From: Rickettsiales bacterium
GTDB lineage: Bacteria; Pseudomonadota; Alphaproteobacteria; Rickettsiales; UBA998
Assembly (NCBI GenBank): GCA_041749475.1
Contig: JBGTBD010000040.1
Span: 511-64,510 of the forward strand
Reading direction: 5' to 3'
Length of the DNA: 64,000 nt
Part shown: piece after piece, positions 49,468-58,548 of the stretch
Numbering within the stretch: position 1 is the stretch's first letter
Layout: each line of letters starts with the position of its first letter
Position numbers and translations under genes: made by a program
Notes under the pieces: model-generated
Told to the model about the DNA's origin: nothing
What the model saw: the letters and a program-made list of their open reading frames with translations, nothing else
Database searches by the model: none

Positions 49468-50208
49468 ATGGCAATGCAAGAGACAAAATCTGCGTTGGTC
49501 AGAGCTGGAGATTTCTTTTTCAAATACCGCAACCTGCTTTTCCCCGTGGTGATGGGGATCGTGTTTTTTACCTACGCCCCACCTTATGAATATTTTTCCA
49601 GCGAATGGGCTGAAGAGAGCAAAGATATTGTAGCCGGTCTCGTTATTATGAGCGGGTTGATGGTACGCGGCGCGGTAATTGGTTTCGCGTATATCAAGCG
49701 TGGCGGGTTGAATAAGAGAGTCTATGCTGAGCATCTGGTGACGGAGGGGTTCTTTGGCGTTTGCCGCAACCCGCTCTATGTCGGTAACATGCTTATCTAC
49801 ACGGGCGTTTTCCTGATGCACGGTAATCCATATGTGTTCATTTTAGGAACGCTAATCATGTTCGGCATTTATACATGCATTATCGCTGCGGAAGAGCATT
49901 TTCTGCGCATGACGTTCGGTACGGCCTATGACGAATATTGTCGTGATGTGCCGCGCTGGATACCGCGTGTGAGTAAATTCGGTGAGGCAACCGCAGGCAT
50001 GCGTTTCAATCTGAAGCGGGTATTGTTGAAAGATTACAGCACTATTGCTAATGCCGGAATCACGATAGCGACTTTGGAACTGCTGGAGCAATGGCACGAA
50101 AAACCCTTTTCGTTGAGCGACACCCCTCTCGGTGGAGCGGTTGCCATTCTACTGCTGTTGGGTGGTGCGCTTTTCATTTCCGCCATGAAGCGGAAAAAAG
50201 TTTTCTAA
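49468..50208 (+). CDS. ICMT-family membrane methyltransferase (LmtA-like)
   Basis: GDFFFKYRNLLFP, LVTEG.F..CRNPLYVGN, EEHFL...FG..Y..Y...VPRW. Confidence 0.88.
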   Translation: MAMQETKSALVRAGDFFFKYRNLLFPVVMGIVFFTYAPPYEYFSSEWAEESKDIVAGLVIMSGLMVRGAVIGFAYIKRGGLNKRVYAEHLVTEGFFGVCRNPLYVGNMLIYTGVFLMHGNPYVFILGTLIMFGIYTCIIAAEEHFLRMTFGTAYDEYCRDVPRWIPRVSKFGEATAGMRFNLKRVLLKDYSTIANAGITIATLELLEQWHEKPFSLSDTPLGGAVAILLLLGGALFISAMKRKKVF

Positions 50209-50276
50209 TAATTTGCTGGCCTGTTTCCATTAAGGAAAAGACTTGATTAGCGTTGGCTAAATCCATCTGTAAAAAC

Positions 50277-50351
<75 letters not shown>

Positions 50352-50543
50352 ATCCTTGGGTAAAAATCCGAAACTGTTTAACATTGCTGTTTTGACATGT
50401 CCCAGATTTTGCGGCGCCCCGGGAAATCCCCGAAGCGAGCGGGATACTAGTAAGCAATTCCGGTTTTGGCAAGCGTAAATCGTCATGCCTGCTTGACCCG
50501 GCGCTAAACCGCGCTATATCTGGTGAAACCAAGGATTCTCGCC

Positions 50544-50723
50544 ATGACCCACCGCCTCGACAAGACCCTGCTCGACATCCTCGTCTGCCCCCTCACCAAG
50601 GGCACACTAGTCTATGACGAGGAGAAGCAGGAGCTGGTGAGCAAGGAAGCCGGGCTGGCATTCCCCATCCGTGACGGCATCCCCATCATGTTGCCGGATG
50701 AAGCGCGCAAACTGCCGGGCTGA
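50544..50723 (+). CDS. Trm112/YcaR family protein
   Basis: [13 protein letters not shown]...[15 protein letters not shown]. Confidence 0.93.
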   Translation: MTHRLDKTLLDILVCPLTKGTLVYDEEKQELVSKEAGLAFPIRDGIPIMLPDEARKLPG

Positions 50724-50763
50724 ACGCGGGCTTTACTTTCCATCCATTCCTTCACGTCCACTT

Positions 50764-50917
50764 CCCTCTCTCTTGAGGGAGAGGGTTGCGCAGCTTAATG
50801 AACGCAAGTGAATTTAGCCGAAGCTGGGTGAGGGGGTAGCGGTTGAGTTGTTACTCCCGCGTATACCCCCTCACCCGTATTTCCAAGTGGAAATCCGGCC
50901 TCTCCCGGTGGGAGAGG
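50764..50917. repeat. Nested palindromic element (CCCTCTC/GAGAGGG type)
   Basis: CCCTCTCTCTTGAGGGAGAGGG...GGGTGAGGGGGTA...TACCCCCTCACCC...CCTCTCCCGGTGGGAGAGG. Confidence 0.8.
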
Positions 50918-51023
50918 CGACCCGTAATATCATTAAAATAGTAACGAATTGCGATTGCATCTGGGCAAACACTCTCCTATGCTGCCTTAAAACGCGCTGT
51001 CAACGTCACTTTCGGGAGGTTTC

Positions 51024-51800
51024 ATGGATATTTCGATGATTGCAAAAGGCGGGTTCGTCATGGTCCCGCTGATCCTGCTGTCGATCTATGCGCTGGCGGT
51101 GATTTTCTATAAGATTTTCCAGTTCACGGTAGCGGGTGTGTTCAACCACCGCTTCATCGACCCCATCATGGTCTATGTGAAGAAGGGCGAACTCTCGACG
51201 GCGGAGGAGTTGTTGAAGAAAGAACAGGGCCCGATCGCCCGTATCATGCAGGTCTCCATCTCCTGCATCACCAACCGGCTGATGTCGCAGAGGAGCCGCG
51301 AAGCGGAGATCACGCGCATCGGCTCGTCGGAACTGTACGCGCTTGAATCGCACATGCGCGGTCTTGAACTCGTCTCCTCCACCGGCCCGCTGCTGGGCTT
51401 ACTGGGAACCGTGACCGGGATGGTCGTGATGTTCGCGACCATCGGGAAAGCGGGCAGCCACGTGGACCCCGCCATGCTCGCCAACGGTATCTGGGAAGCG
51501 CTGATCACCACCGTCACCGGCCTCATCGTCGCCGTGCCTGCGGTCTTCGCCTATTACATCATCGACGGCGTGATTGAGCGCGTGCGCCTGACCATGAAGG
51601 ACGTGACGGTGCAGATTCTCGCGCTGGAAGACGAATATATGCGCAACGAAAAAGAGCAGGAAAAGCGAGAGGTTATGGAACAGGAACGCAAAATCCGCGA
51701 GCAGCAGGAAGAGGAAGACCGCGTCGCCCGCCAGTTCCGCTCTACGGCGCAGACCTCTTCAACGCTTCGCCTGCTCAACCCCAGCTATACGCAAATGTGA
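51024..51800 (+). CDS. exbB: MotA/TolQ/ExbB proton channel
   Basis: GG..M.PL, PLLGLLGTVTGM, GIWEALITT..GL.VAVPA. Confidence 0.9.
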   Translation: MDISMIAKGGFVMVPLILLSIYALAVIFYKIFQFTVAGVFNHRFIDPIMVYVKKGELSTAEELLKKEQGPIARIMQVSISCITNRLMSQRSREAEITRIGSSELYALESHMRGLELVSSTGPLLGLLGTVTGMVVMFATIGKAGSHVDPAMLANGIWEALITTVTGLIVAVPAVFAYYIIDGVIERVRLTMKDVTVQILALEDEYMRNEKEQEKREVMEQERKIREQQEEEDRVARQFRSTAQTSSTLRLLNPSYTQM

Positions 51801-51828
51801 TGCTGTGGGGCGTCGTACATTCTCATCA

Positions 51829-51898
51829 TGTCGCCCCGTCGCATGACGGGGTCTGGCTTCTCCTTCAACCCGGATGCCGTCATGAAGACGGCATGACA
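51829..51898. repeat. Palindromic doublet element, copy 1 of 3
   Basis: TGTCGCCCCGTCGCATGACGGGGTCTGG...CCGGATGCCGTCATGAAGACGGCATGACA. Confidence 0.88.
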
Positions 51899-51914
51899 AA
51901 AAGGGGTTAAAAAT

Positions 51915-52400
51915 ATGCATTTCGAGCGTGCAGGAAGGACGCAGCGCGAATTCGATTTGACGCCATTGATCGACGTGGTGTTCAACCTGCTGCTGTTCTT
52001 CATCCTCACCGCCAGTTTCGTCCGGCTGGAATCAATGGAAGTGGGCCTGCCGAGCGATGAAGCGTCCACCAGCCCATCCGCCCATTCCCTGCTGGTCGAT
52101 ATCGGTAGTGAAGGCCGCATCTGGCTGAACCGCGCCGTCGTCCCCCCGGCATTAGTGCGCGAAAAGCTACAACAGGCCGTCACCCAGCATAAGGACATCT
52201 CCATCACCGTGCGCTCCGGCGCGAACGTCCCGGTACAAAAGCTGGTGACGCTGCTGGATATGGTCTATCAGTCCGGCGGCAGCAAGGTCGTCGTCGAGAA
52301 TTGGGATGAGGCGGATAAACCGGCGACCCCGACGCTCATCGAACCGACCCTGCCGGAGAATGCCCCGTTCGAGATATTAGAGGAGGGGATCGGACAATGA
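51915..52400 (+). CDS. exbD: ExbD/TolR family protein
   Basis: LTPLIDVVFNLLLFF. Confidence 0.9.
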   Translation: MHFERAGRTQREFDLTPLIDVVFNLLLFFILTASFVRLESMEVGLPSDEASTSPSAHSLLVDIGSEGRIWLNRAVVPPALVREKLQQAVTQHKDISITVRSGANVPVQKLVTLLDMVYQSGGSKVVVENWDEADKPATPTLIEPTLPENAPFEILEEGIGQ

Positions 52401-52807
52401 CCACCGACATCTATTTCGAACGCAACATGAAGAAGGGCAAGAACTTCTGGCGCATCCCCATGATTAACGTTATCTTCCTGCTACTAATCTACGTCGTCAT
52501 CGGCGGGTCGATGAACGGGTTCGAGGTGTTGAAGGTCGTCGTTCCCGTCGCCGAAAGCACCAAGGAGCTGAATCAGGGTAGCCTGATGATCGTCCTCGGC
52601 AAGCATGACGAAGTGCTCATCAACGACGAGTTGATGCTGCCGGAAGAAGTTGACGCGAAGCTGGTCGAAGCCGTGAAGAAAGCGCCGGGGATGCTGATTT
52701 CCGTGAAAGCCGATGCAGGTCTCGCCGCGCCGAAGCTGATTACGATGCTCGAGAAAATTAAGAAAGCGGGCGGGCAGAACCTCACCCTCGCCACGCAGAA
52801 ACCGTGA
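52397..52807 (+). CDS. exbD: ExbD/TolR family protein (second copy, Asp replaced by Asn)
   Basis: IPMINVIFLLL, KADA, AG..L.L.T. Confidence 0.82.
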   Translation: MTTDIYFERNMKKGKNFWRIPMINVIFLLLIYVVIGGSMNGFEVLKVVVPVAESTKELNQGSLMIVLGKHDEVLINDELMLPEEVDAKLVEAVKKAPGMLISVKADAGLAAPKLITMLEKIKKAGGQNLTLATQKP

Positions 52808-52820
52808 AGGAGGGGATAGC

Positions 52821-53642
52821 ATGATAGGCGACATGTTCTATTCCGAATATCTGGCGATACAGGAGAAGTACGCGCTGAAACGCCGCGAGTTCATGCCACC
52901 TTTCTCGGTGATGATGACGATTGCCTTCTCGCTGCATTTGTTGGCTATCATTATCTGGTCGCTACTGCCCGCGCCCGTCGACGTCACACCTCCCTTCCGC
53001 GCCCTGCACCTAAAATTCGGCAGTCCGACGGGAACGGTGCATAATGCCGCCTCCAGCGGAAACGCGACCGCCGCCGCGCTCGATGCGGCGCTGGCCCAAG
53101 CCTCCGCTCCCAAGCCCTCTCCGCCCATCACCCGGCCAGACGCTTCCGCCCCCAAATCTTTAGTGAACAACGCCCCAGCGCGCACCGAACGCAAACCCAA
53201 CCTTTCGGCGCTCGCCCCCGCCAGCGGGCGGCAATCCATCGCCGCATTCCGCTCCGGACTTCCCGGCACAAACGTCGGCAAAGCATCAGCAGGGGAAGGC
53301 GTAGCATTCGGCAGTCCTATGGGGACGGATGCAAGCGGCGGCGAAGAAGTCGCCCGTCGGTATGAGCAGATGCTCTCCGGCTGGATCATGCAGCACCGCA
53401 TCTACCCGCTCGAAGCGGAAAGAGAGGGAATCGAGGGTACGGCGATACTCCGCATCCGCATCAATCGCGGCGGGGTGATCCAGTTCGTCTCCATCGAACG
53501 TAGCGCAGGCAATCCATTGCTCGATGCCGCCGTTATCCAGACGGCCCGCGCCTCCAACCCCGTACCCGCCGTCCCGGTCGCATACCCCGGCGGCGACCTG
53601 CTCGAATTCAAGATCGCCATTGAATTCAAGCTGGTACGCTAA
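52821..53642 (+). CDS. tonB: Energy transducer TonB
   Basis: TM SLH motif, Pro-rich linker, YPLEA...GIEG, SAGNPLLD.A. Confidence 0.88.
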   Translation: MIGDMFYSEYLAIQEKYALKRREFMPPFSVMMTIAFSLHLLAIIIWSLLPAPVDVTPPFRALHLKFGSPTGTVHNAASSGNATAAALDAALAQASAPKPSPPITRPDASAPKSLVNNAPARTERKPNLSALAPASGRQSIAAFRSGLPGTNVGKASAGEGVAFGSPMGTDASGGEEVARRYEQMLSGWIMQHRIYPLEAEREGIEGTAILRIRINRGGVIQFVSIERSAGNPLLDAAVIQTARASNPVPAVPVAYPGGDLLEFKIAIEFKLVR

Positions 53643-53686
53643 TCCCGCACTTGCCAACGCCCTGACAGGCTGATATTCCAACATCT

Positions 53687-54727
53687 ATGAACGAAAAAAC
53701 GATGATAGTCACAGGCGGTGCGGGGTTTATTGGCTCCACATTCGTTGCCCAAATGGTCGAACGCGGATTCCATGTCGTGGTGCTCGACGCGCTGACGTAC
53801 GCCGGGCATGAAGAGAATCTTACTTGGATCGCGCCGAAGAACGGCGGGAAATATGAACTGGTGAAAGGCGACATCCGTGACGGGGCGCTTGCTAAAAAAC
53901 TTTTTGACCAGTACCAACCAAAATTCTTCATCAATTTCGCCGCCGAGTCGCACGTCGATAATTCCATCGAACGTCCGTCCGAATTCATCGAGACTAATAT
54001 CATTGGCTGCTACACGCTGCTCGAAGCTGCGCGGGGGTACTGGAACGCACTGCCGGAATCGGACAAAAAAACCTTCCGCTTCCTGCATGTCTCTACGGAC
54101 GAAGTCTACGGCTCACTGGGCGAGACAGGAAAATTCTCTGAAACCACGCCGATGCAACCCAACTCGCCATACTCCGCATCCAAAGCGGCGGGCGACCATC
54201 TCTGCCGCGCATGGTTCCATACCTACGGTCTGCCCACAATCGTCACCAATTGCTCAAACAATTACGGCCCGCGCCAGTTCCCCGAAAAACTCATCCCGCG
54301 CATGATCACACAAGCCCTGAAAGGCGAAGCGCTGCCTATCTATGGCGACGGCAAGAATATCCGCGACTGGATCCATGTCGAAGACCATTGCCGCGGCATC
54401 CAACTCGCATTGGAGAAGGGCACGCCGGGCGAGACCTATTGCTTCGGCGGCAACGCGGAGAAGACCAATCTCGACGTGGTGGACACCATCTGCACGACAC
54501 TCGACGCCGAGCGCCCGCGTAATGACGGCTCATACAAAGAACTGAAAAAATTCGTTCAAGACCGCGCCGGGCATGACCGCCGTTACGCCATCGACGATAC
54601 GAAAGCCGAAAAAGAACTCGGCTTCAAACGTGCCTACGATTTCACCACCGGCATCCAGCAGACCATCGCATGGTATCTGGCGCACACCGACTGGTGCAAC
54701 GCCGTGACCACCAAGAAAGCTGCGTAA
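53687..54727 (+). CDS. rfbB: dTDP-glucose 4,6-dehydratase
   Basis: TGGAGFIG, AAESHVD, STDEVYG, YSASK, DRAGHDRRY. Confidence 0.97.
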   Translation: MNEKTMIVTGGAGFIGSTFVAQMVERGFHVVVLDALTYAGHEENLTWIAPKNGGKYELVKGDIRDGALAKKLFDQYQPKFFINFAAESHVDNSIERPSEFIETNIIGCYTLLEAARGYWNALPESDKKTFRFLHVSTDEVYGSLGETGKFSETTPMQPNSPYSASKAAGDHLCRAWFHTYGLPTIVTNCSNNYGPRQFPEKLIPRMITQALKGEALPIYGDGKNIRDWIHVEDHCRGIQLALEKGTPGETYCFGGNAEKTNLDVVDTICTTLDAERPRNDGSYKELKKFVQDRAGHDRRYAIDDTKAEKELGFKRAYDFTTGIQQTIAWYLAHTDWCNAVTTKKAA

Positions 54728-54733
54728 ACCCGT

Positions 54734-55000
54734 TTGGAAATCACGCTAATTGACATTCTCGGCTTCTGCGGCGCGACGCTGACCACGGGCAGCTTCCTCC
54801 CCCAGGCCTACAAGGTCATCCGCACGCACGAGACCGAGGCCATCAGCCTGTGGATGTATATCCTCTTCACCGTCGGCGTCGCCTTCTGGTTTGCGTTCGG
54901 GGTGCTGCTGAACAGCTGGCCCGTCATCCTCTCTAACGCCATCACGTTTGTGCTTACCCTCACCATCCTTATCATCAAACTGAGGCAAAAAAAGGGTTGA
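54734..55000 (+). CDS. SemiSWEET (PQ-loop) transporter
   Basis: TTGSFLPQA.K...T.AIS, W..FG, P...N; three TM. Confidence 0.9.
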   Translation: MEITLIDILGFCGATLTTGSFLPQAYKVIRTHETEAISLWMYILFTVGVAFWFAFGVLLNSWPVILSNAITFVLTLTILIIKLRQKKG

Positions 55001-55059
55001 GAAACAGCGGGTTTTTGCTACATCTCAAGCCATAAACTCCAGAACAAAGAAGAATCACC

Positions 55060-55959
55060 ATGAAAGGTATCATTTTAGCAGGGGGAGCAGGGACGCGCCT
55101 TGCGCCGCTCACCACTTCCATCAGCAAGCAGATTTTGCCTGTGTACGACAAGCCGATGGTCTATTACCCGCTATCGATGCTGATGCTCTCGGGTATCAAG
55201 GACATCCTCATCATCTCCACCCCGCGCGATGTGCCGATGATCCGGAATTTACTTGGCGACGGCAGCAACCTCGGCATCTCCATCTCCTACGCCGAGCAGG
55301 CGAAGCCGGAAGGCATCGCACAGGCCTTTATCATCGGTGAGGAATTCATCGGCAAAGACCCAGTCTGCCTGATTCTCGGCGATAACATCTTCTATGGCCA
55401 CAACATGGCGCCAAAGCTGGAAAAAGTCGCGCAGGAATTGACCAAAGGCGCCGTCGTCTTCGGCTATCACGTCAAAGACCCCGAGCGCTACGGCGTCGTC
55501 GAATTCGATGCCAGCGGCAAAGCGATCTCCATCGAGGAGAAACCGAAACAACCGAAATCCAGCTGGGCGGTGACGGGGCTTTATTATTATGACAATACCG
55601 TCGTCGATATCGCCAAAAATCTAAAGCCTTCCGCACGCGGCGAGTTAGAGATCACCGACGTCAACAAAGCCTATCTGGCGCAAGGCAATCTCGCGGTGGA
55701 GTTGCTTGGTCGCGGCGTCGCATGGCTCGATACCGGCACGTTCGATTCGCTGCTTTCAGCCGCTCATTTCGTTCAGACCATCGAAGCCCGTCAGGGTCAA
55801 AAGATCGCCTGTATCGAAGAGATCGCCTACCGCAAAGGCTTCATCGACGCCACCAAACTTACCCAACTCGCCTCCCAATACGGCAAGAATGAATACGGCC
55901 AATACTTGCGCGCCCTACTGACCGAAACCGGCCCGGACGGCGCGTTGGCGTTGGGATAA
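55060..55959 (+). CDS. rfbA: Glucose-1-phosphate thymidylyltransferase
   Basis: [41 protein letters not shown]. Confidence 0.98.
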   Translation: MKGIILAGGAGTRLAPLTTSISKQILPVYDKPMVYYPLSMLMLSGIKDILIISTPRDVPMIRNLLGDGSNLGISISYAEQAKPEGIAQAFIIGEEFIGKDPVCLILGDNIFYGHNMAPKLEKVAQELTKGAVVFGYHVKDPERYGVVEFDASGKAISIEEKPKQPKSSWAVTGLYYYDNTVVDIAKNLKPSARGELEITDVNKAYLAQGNLAVELLGRGVAWLDTGTFDSLLSAAHFVQTIEARQGQKIACIEEIAYRKGFIDATKLTQLASQYGKNEYGQYLRALLTETGPDGALALG

Positions 55960-55967
55960 ACTAATGA

Positions 55968-56029
55968 TGTCACCCCGTCGTATGACGGGGTCTGGCCTTA
56001 CCGGATGCCGTCATGAAGACGGCATGACA
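55968..56029. repeat. Palindromic doublet element, copy 2 of 3
   Basis: TGTCACCCCGTCGTATGACGGGGTCTGG...CCGGATGCCGTCATGAAGACGGCATGACA. Confidence 0.88.
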
Positions 56030-56040
56030 AAGGAAATGAT

Positions 56041-57018
56041 ATGAAATCAAAACTCCTCATCTTCGGCGGTAACGGGCAGGTGGGTCGTGCGCTGAACCAG
56101 TTGGCCGAGGGCAATGTGGTGGTGCTGGGGCGTGACGAAGCGGACCTTTCCAAACCTGAATCATTACGCAAAATCATCGCCGACCTCGCTCCGACAAAAA
56201 TCATCAACGCCGCTGCCTACACAGCGGTCGATAAAGCAGAGGAAGAGGAAGCGCTCGCCACTATCATCAACGCCGAAGCCCCGGGCGTGATGGCGGAAGA
56301 GGCGGCAAAACGCGGCATTCCCTTCGTGCATTATTCCACCGATTACGTCTTCAACGGCAGTGGTGAGCGCCCATGGAAAGAAGACGACGCCACCGCGCCG
56401 CTGAACGCCTATGGCCGTAGCAAACTAGCCGGTGAGAAGGCGGTGCTGGCCGCTGGTGGCCAAGCCCTCATCTTCCGCATCTCATGGGTCTATGACGCTT
56501 ACGGCAAGAACTTCCTGAACACGATGCTGCGATTGGGCAAGGACAGAGAAACCCTAAAAGTCGTCGCCGACCAATACGGCGCGCCCTGTTACGCTCCGCA
56601 CGTGGCGCAAGCGACGCTCGCTATCCTCCAGTTTTACTCCCCCCTTGAGGGGGAGTCGAAACCGTCTTCGGTTTCGGTGGGGGGCGTTCTTGAGCAAGAA
56701 AGGCTTCCCCCCACCGGCTCCCTGCGTTCGCCGACTCCCCCTCAAGGGGGGAGTAAAAGTGAAAGTGGCATCTACCATATGGCTAACAGCGGCGTGACCA
56801 CATGGCACGAATTCGCCACCACGATCTTCGATGAAGCGAAAAAGCGCGGCATGAAGCTGGCGGTAAAGGAAGTCCTCCCCATCCCCGCCAGCGAGTATCC
56901 CACCCCCGCTACCCGTCCGCAGAATTCACGGTTGGACTGTTCCAAATTGCAGGCGACATTCGGTGTCACCTTGCCCGCATGGGAAGACGGAGTGAGGGAG
57001 GCATTGGAAACCATATGA
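56041..57018 (+). CDS. rfbD: dTDP-4-dehydrorhamnose reductase carrying an in-frame palindromic insertion
   Basis: GGNGQVG, AAYTAVDKAE, STDYVF, YGRSK, RP.NSRL. Confidence 0.95.
   Translation: MKSKLLIFGGNGQVGRALNQLAEGNVVVLGRDEADLSKPESLRKIIADLAPTKIINAAAYTAVDKAEEEEALATIINAEAPGVMAEEAAKRGIPFVHYSTDYVFNGSGERPWKEDDATAPLNAYGRSKLAGEKAVLAAGGQALIFRISWVYDAYGKNFLNTMLRLGKDRETLKVVADQYGAPCYAPHVAQATLAILQFYSPLEGESKPSSVSVGGVLEQERLPPTGSLRSPTPPQGGSKSESGIYHMANSGVTTWHEFATTIFDEAKKRGMKLAVKEVLPIPASEYPTPATRPQNSRLDCSKLQATFGVTLPAWEDGVREALETI
56632..56758. repeat. Nested palindromic element inside rfbD
   Basis: 27-bp perfect terminal inverted repeat TTTTACTCCCCCCTTGAGGGGGAGTCG / CGACTCCCCCTCAAGGGGGGAGTAAAA. Confidence 0.92.
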
Positions 57019-57824
57019 ATTTTCTAACATTTCTCAATGCGTCCGATGTGCAATTAGATTACTCCAGCTATAAGGTTCATTTGGCGACACACTCTACTGA
57101 TTCACCGCTAAATGCATTTTTGGCAGGAAAGTTTAAGGAATGGCAGGAGTTGCAAACCAAAAGAAATTTTCCATGCAAGCATATTCTTAGTCTTATACAG
57201 TATAAGAGGAATTATTGGGTCTTCGCAGGTGTATATGAGGTCATAGGCGACCCCATAAAAGTAGAAAACACAATATTATATAAATATAATACGCGCCTTT
57301 TGCCAAATCAGGAAAATTTAATCGGAAAAGTAATAGTATACCATGAGAGGAAAGGCAGGCCATCCTATTTGGTGGGGGCAAAAAATGATTTACGATTTTC
57401 TCTTGGTTATATTCTTGAGAACCAACTAACAATACGAGACTTCCCAGGGTACTATAATATCAATATTTCCCATGTGGAATTACAAACGATTATTTCTCAG
57501 CAACTGAACTCTTGGGTGGTTGCCCTCCGGCATATGAAGGGTGTCTATTTAATAACAGATTGTGCTACAGGAAAGTTATATGTTGGAAGTGCGTACGGAG
57601 ATCAGGGAATATTGAGCCGATGGTCACAGTATGTCCTTGACGGACACGGCGGTAATCAGCGTTTGAAAGTGAAAGTTGCAACTAATAATGATTATGCAGG
57701 AAATTACCAATACTCAATATTAGAAATTGCTGATCCTCATGCTCGTGATGAGTATGTTATTGAGAGAGAAAATCACTGGAAATCCGTTCTGAAATCTAGA
57801 GAATTTGGTTATAACGAGAATTGA
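57015..57824 (+). CDS. GIY-YIG nuclease domain protein (AT-rich)
   Basis: GVYLITD..TGKLYVGSAYG...RW..Y, ILE, ERE..WK, GYNEN. Confidence 0.88.
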   Translation: MNFLTFLNASDVQLDYSSYKVHLATHSTDSPLNAFLAGKFKEWQELQTKRNFPCKHILSLIQYKRNYWVFAGVYEVIGDPIKVENTILYKYNTRLLPNQENLIGKVIVYHERKGRPSYLVGAKNDLRFSLGYILENQLTIRDFPGYYNINISHVELQTIISQQLNSWVVALRHMKGVYLITDCATGKLYVGSAYGDQGILSRWSQYVLDGHGGNQRLKVKVATNNDYAGNYQYSILEIADPHARDEYVIERENHWKSVLKSREFGYNEN

Positions 57825-57828
57825 TATC

Positions 57829-58392
57829 ATGAAACTACTCGACTGCCCCATCGACGGCCTGAAGGTCATCCAGCTGCAAGTCCACGGTGACGCGCGTGGC
57901 TTTTTCGTCGAACGCTATCACCGCCAGAAACTCTCCGATATCGGACTCGACATTGATTTCGTGCAGGATAACCATTCCCGCTCCGCCCCCGGCATCCTGC
58001 GGGGCTTGCATTACCAGCACACACCGCCGCAGGGCAAACTCGTCGGCGTCACACGCGGCGCGGTATGGGATGTAGCGGTCGATATCCGCCCCGGTTCCTT
58101 CACCTACGGCCACTATCACGCGGTGGAGTTAACGGGCGAGAACGGCGTGCTGTTCTGGATTCCCCCCGGCTTCGCGCATGGGTTCTGCGTATTGGGCGAT
58201 GAACCGGCTGATATGCTCTATAAGGTCAGCGGCCTCTACAGCGCGGCGGGCGAGGGCGGTATACGCTACGACGACCCCGCACTTGCCATCGACTGGCCCC
58301 TCAAAAACCCTACTATCTCCGCGCGTGACGAAGGGCTGATGTCCTTCGCCCAATACAAATCCAACCCACCTTACTGGAACCACAGTGAGTAA
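57829..58392 (+). CDS. rfbC: dTDP-4-dehydrorhamnose 3,5-epimerase
   Basis: DARGFF, QDNHSRS, LRGLHYQ, QGKLV, GFAHGF. Confidence 0.97.
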   Translation: MKLLDCPIDGLKVIQLQVHGDARGFFVERYHRQKLSDIGLDIDFVQDNHSRSAPGILRGLHYQHTPPQGKLVGVTRGAVWDVAVDIRPGSFTYGHYHAVELTGENGVLFWIPPGFAHGFCVLGDEPADMLYKVSGLYSAAGEGGIRYDDPALAIDWPLKNPTISARDEGLMSFAQYKSNPPYWNHSE

Positions 58393-58412
58393 CGCGCATA
58401 AAATAAATATAT

Positions 58413-58541
58413 ACTCCCCCCTTGAGGGGGAGTCGAAACCGCGTCGGCGGTTTCGGTGGGGGGCTACTTTCATTTATTGCATCACGGCTTTTCCCCCCAC
58501 CCCCGCACAAGGGTTCGCCGACTCCCCCTCAAGGGGGGAGT
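58413..58541. repeat. Nested palindromic element, intergenic sibling of the rfbD insertion
   Basis: ACTCCCCCCTTGAGGGGGAGTCGAAACC...GGTTTCGGTGGGGGG...CCCCCCACC...GTTCGCCGACTCCCCCTCAAGGGGGGAGT. Confidence 0.92.
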
Positions 58542-58548
58542 GAAGATT

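Noticed and set aside
50848-51039. 63-aa ORF before exbB
   Set aside because: It is largely derived from the palindromic repeat and has no coding signature.
58456-58548. N-terminal extension of the glycosyltransferase through the palindrome
   Set aside because: Family similarity begins at ATG 58549, which has an SD; the extension is repeat-derived and unsupported.
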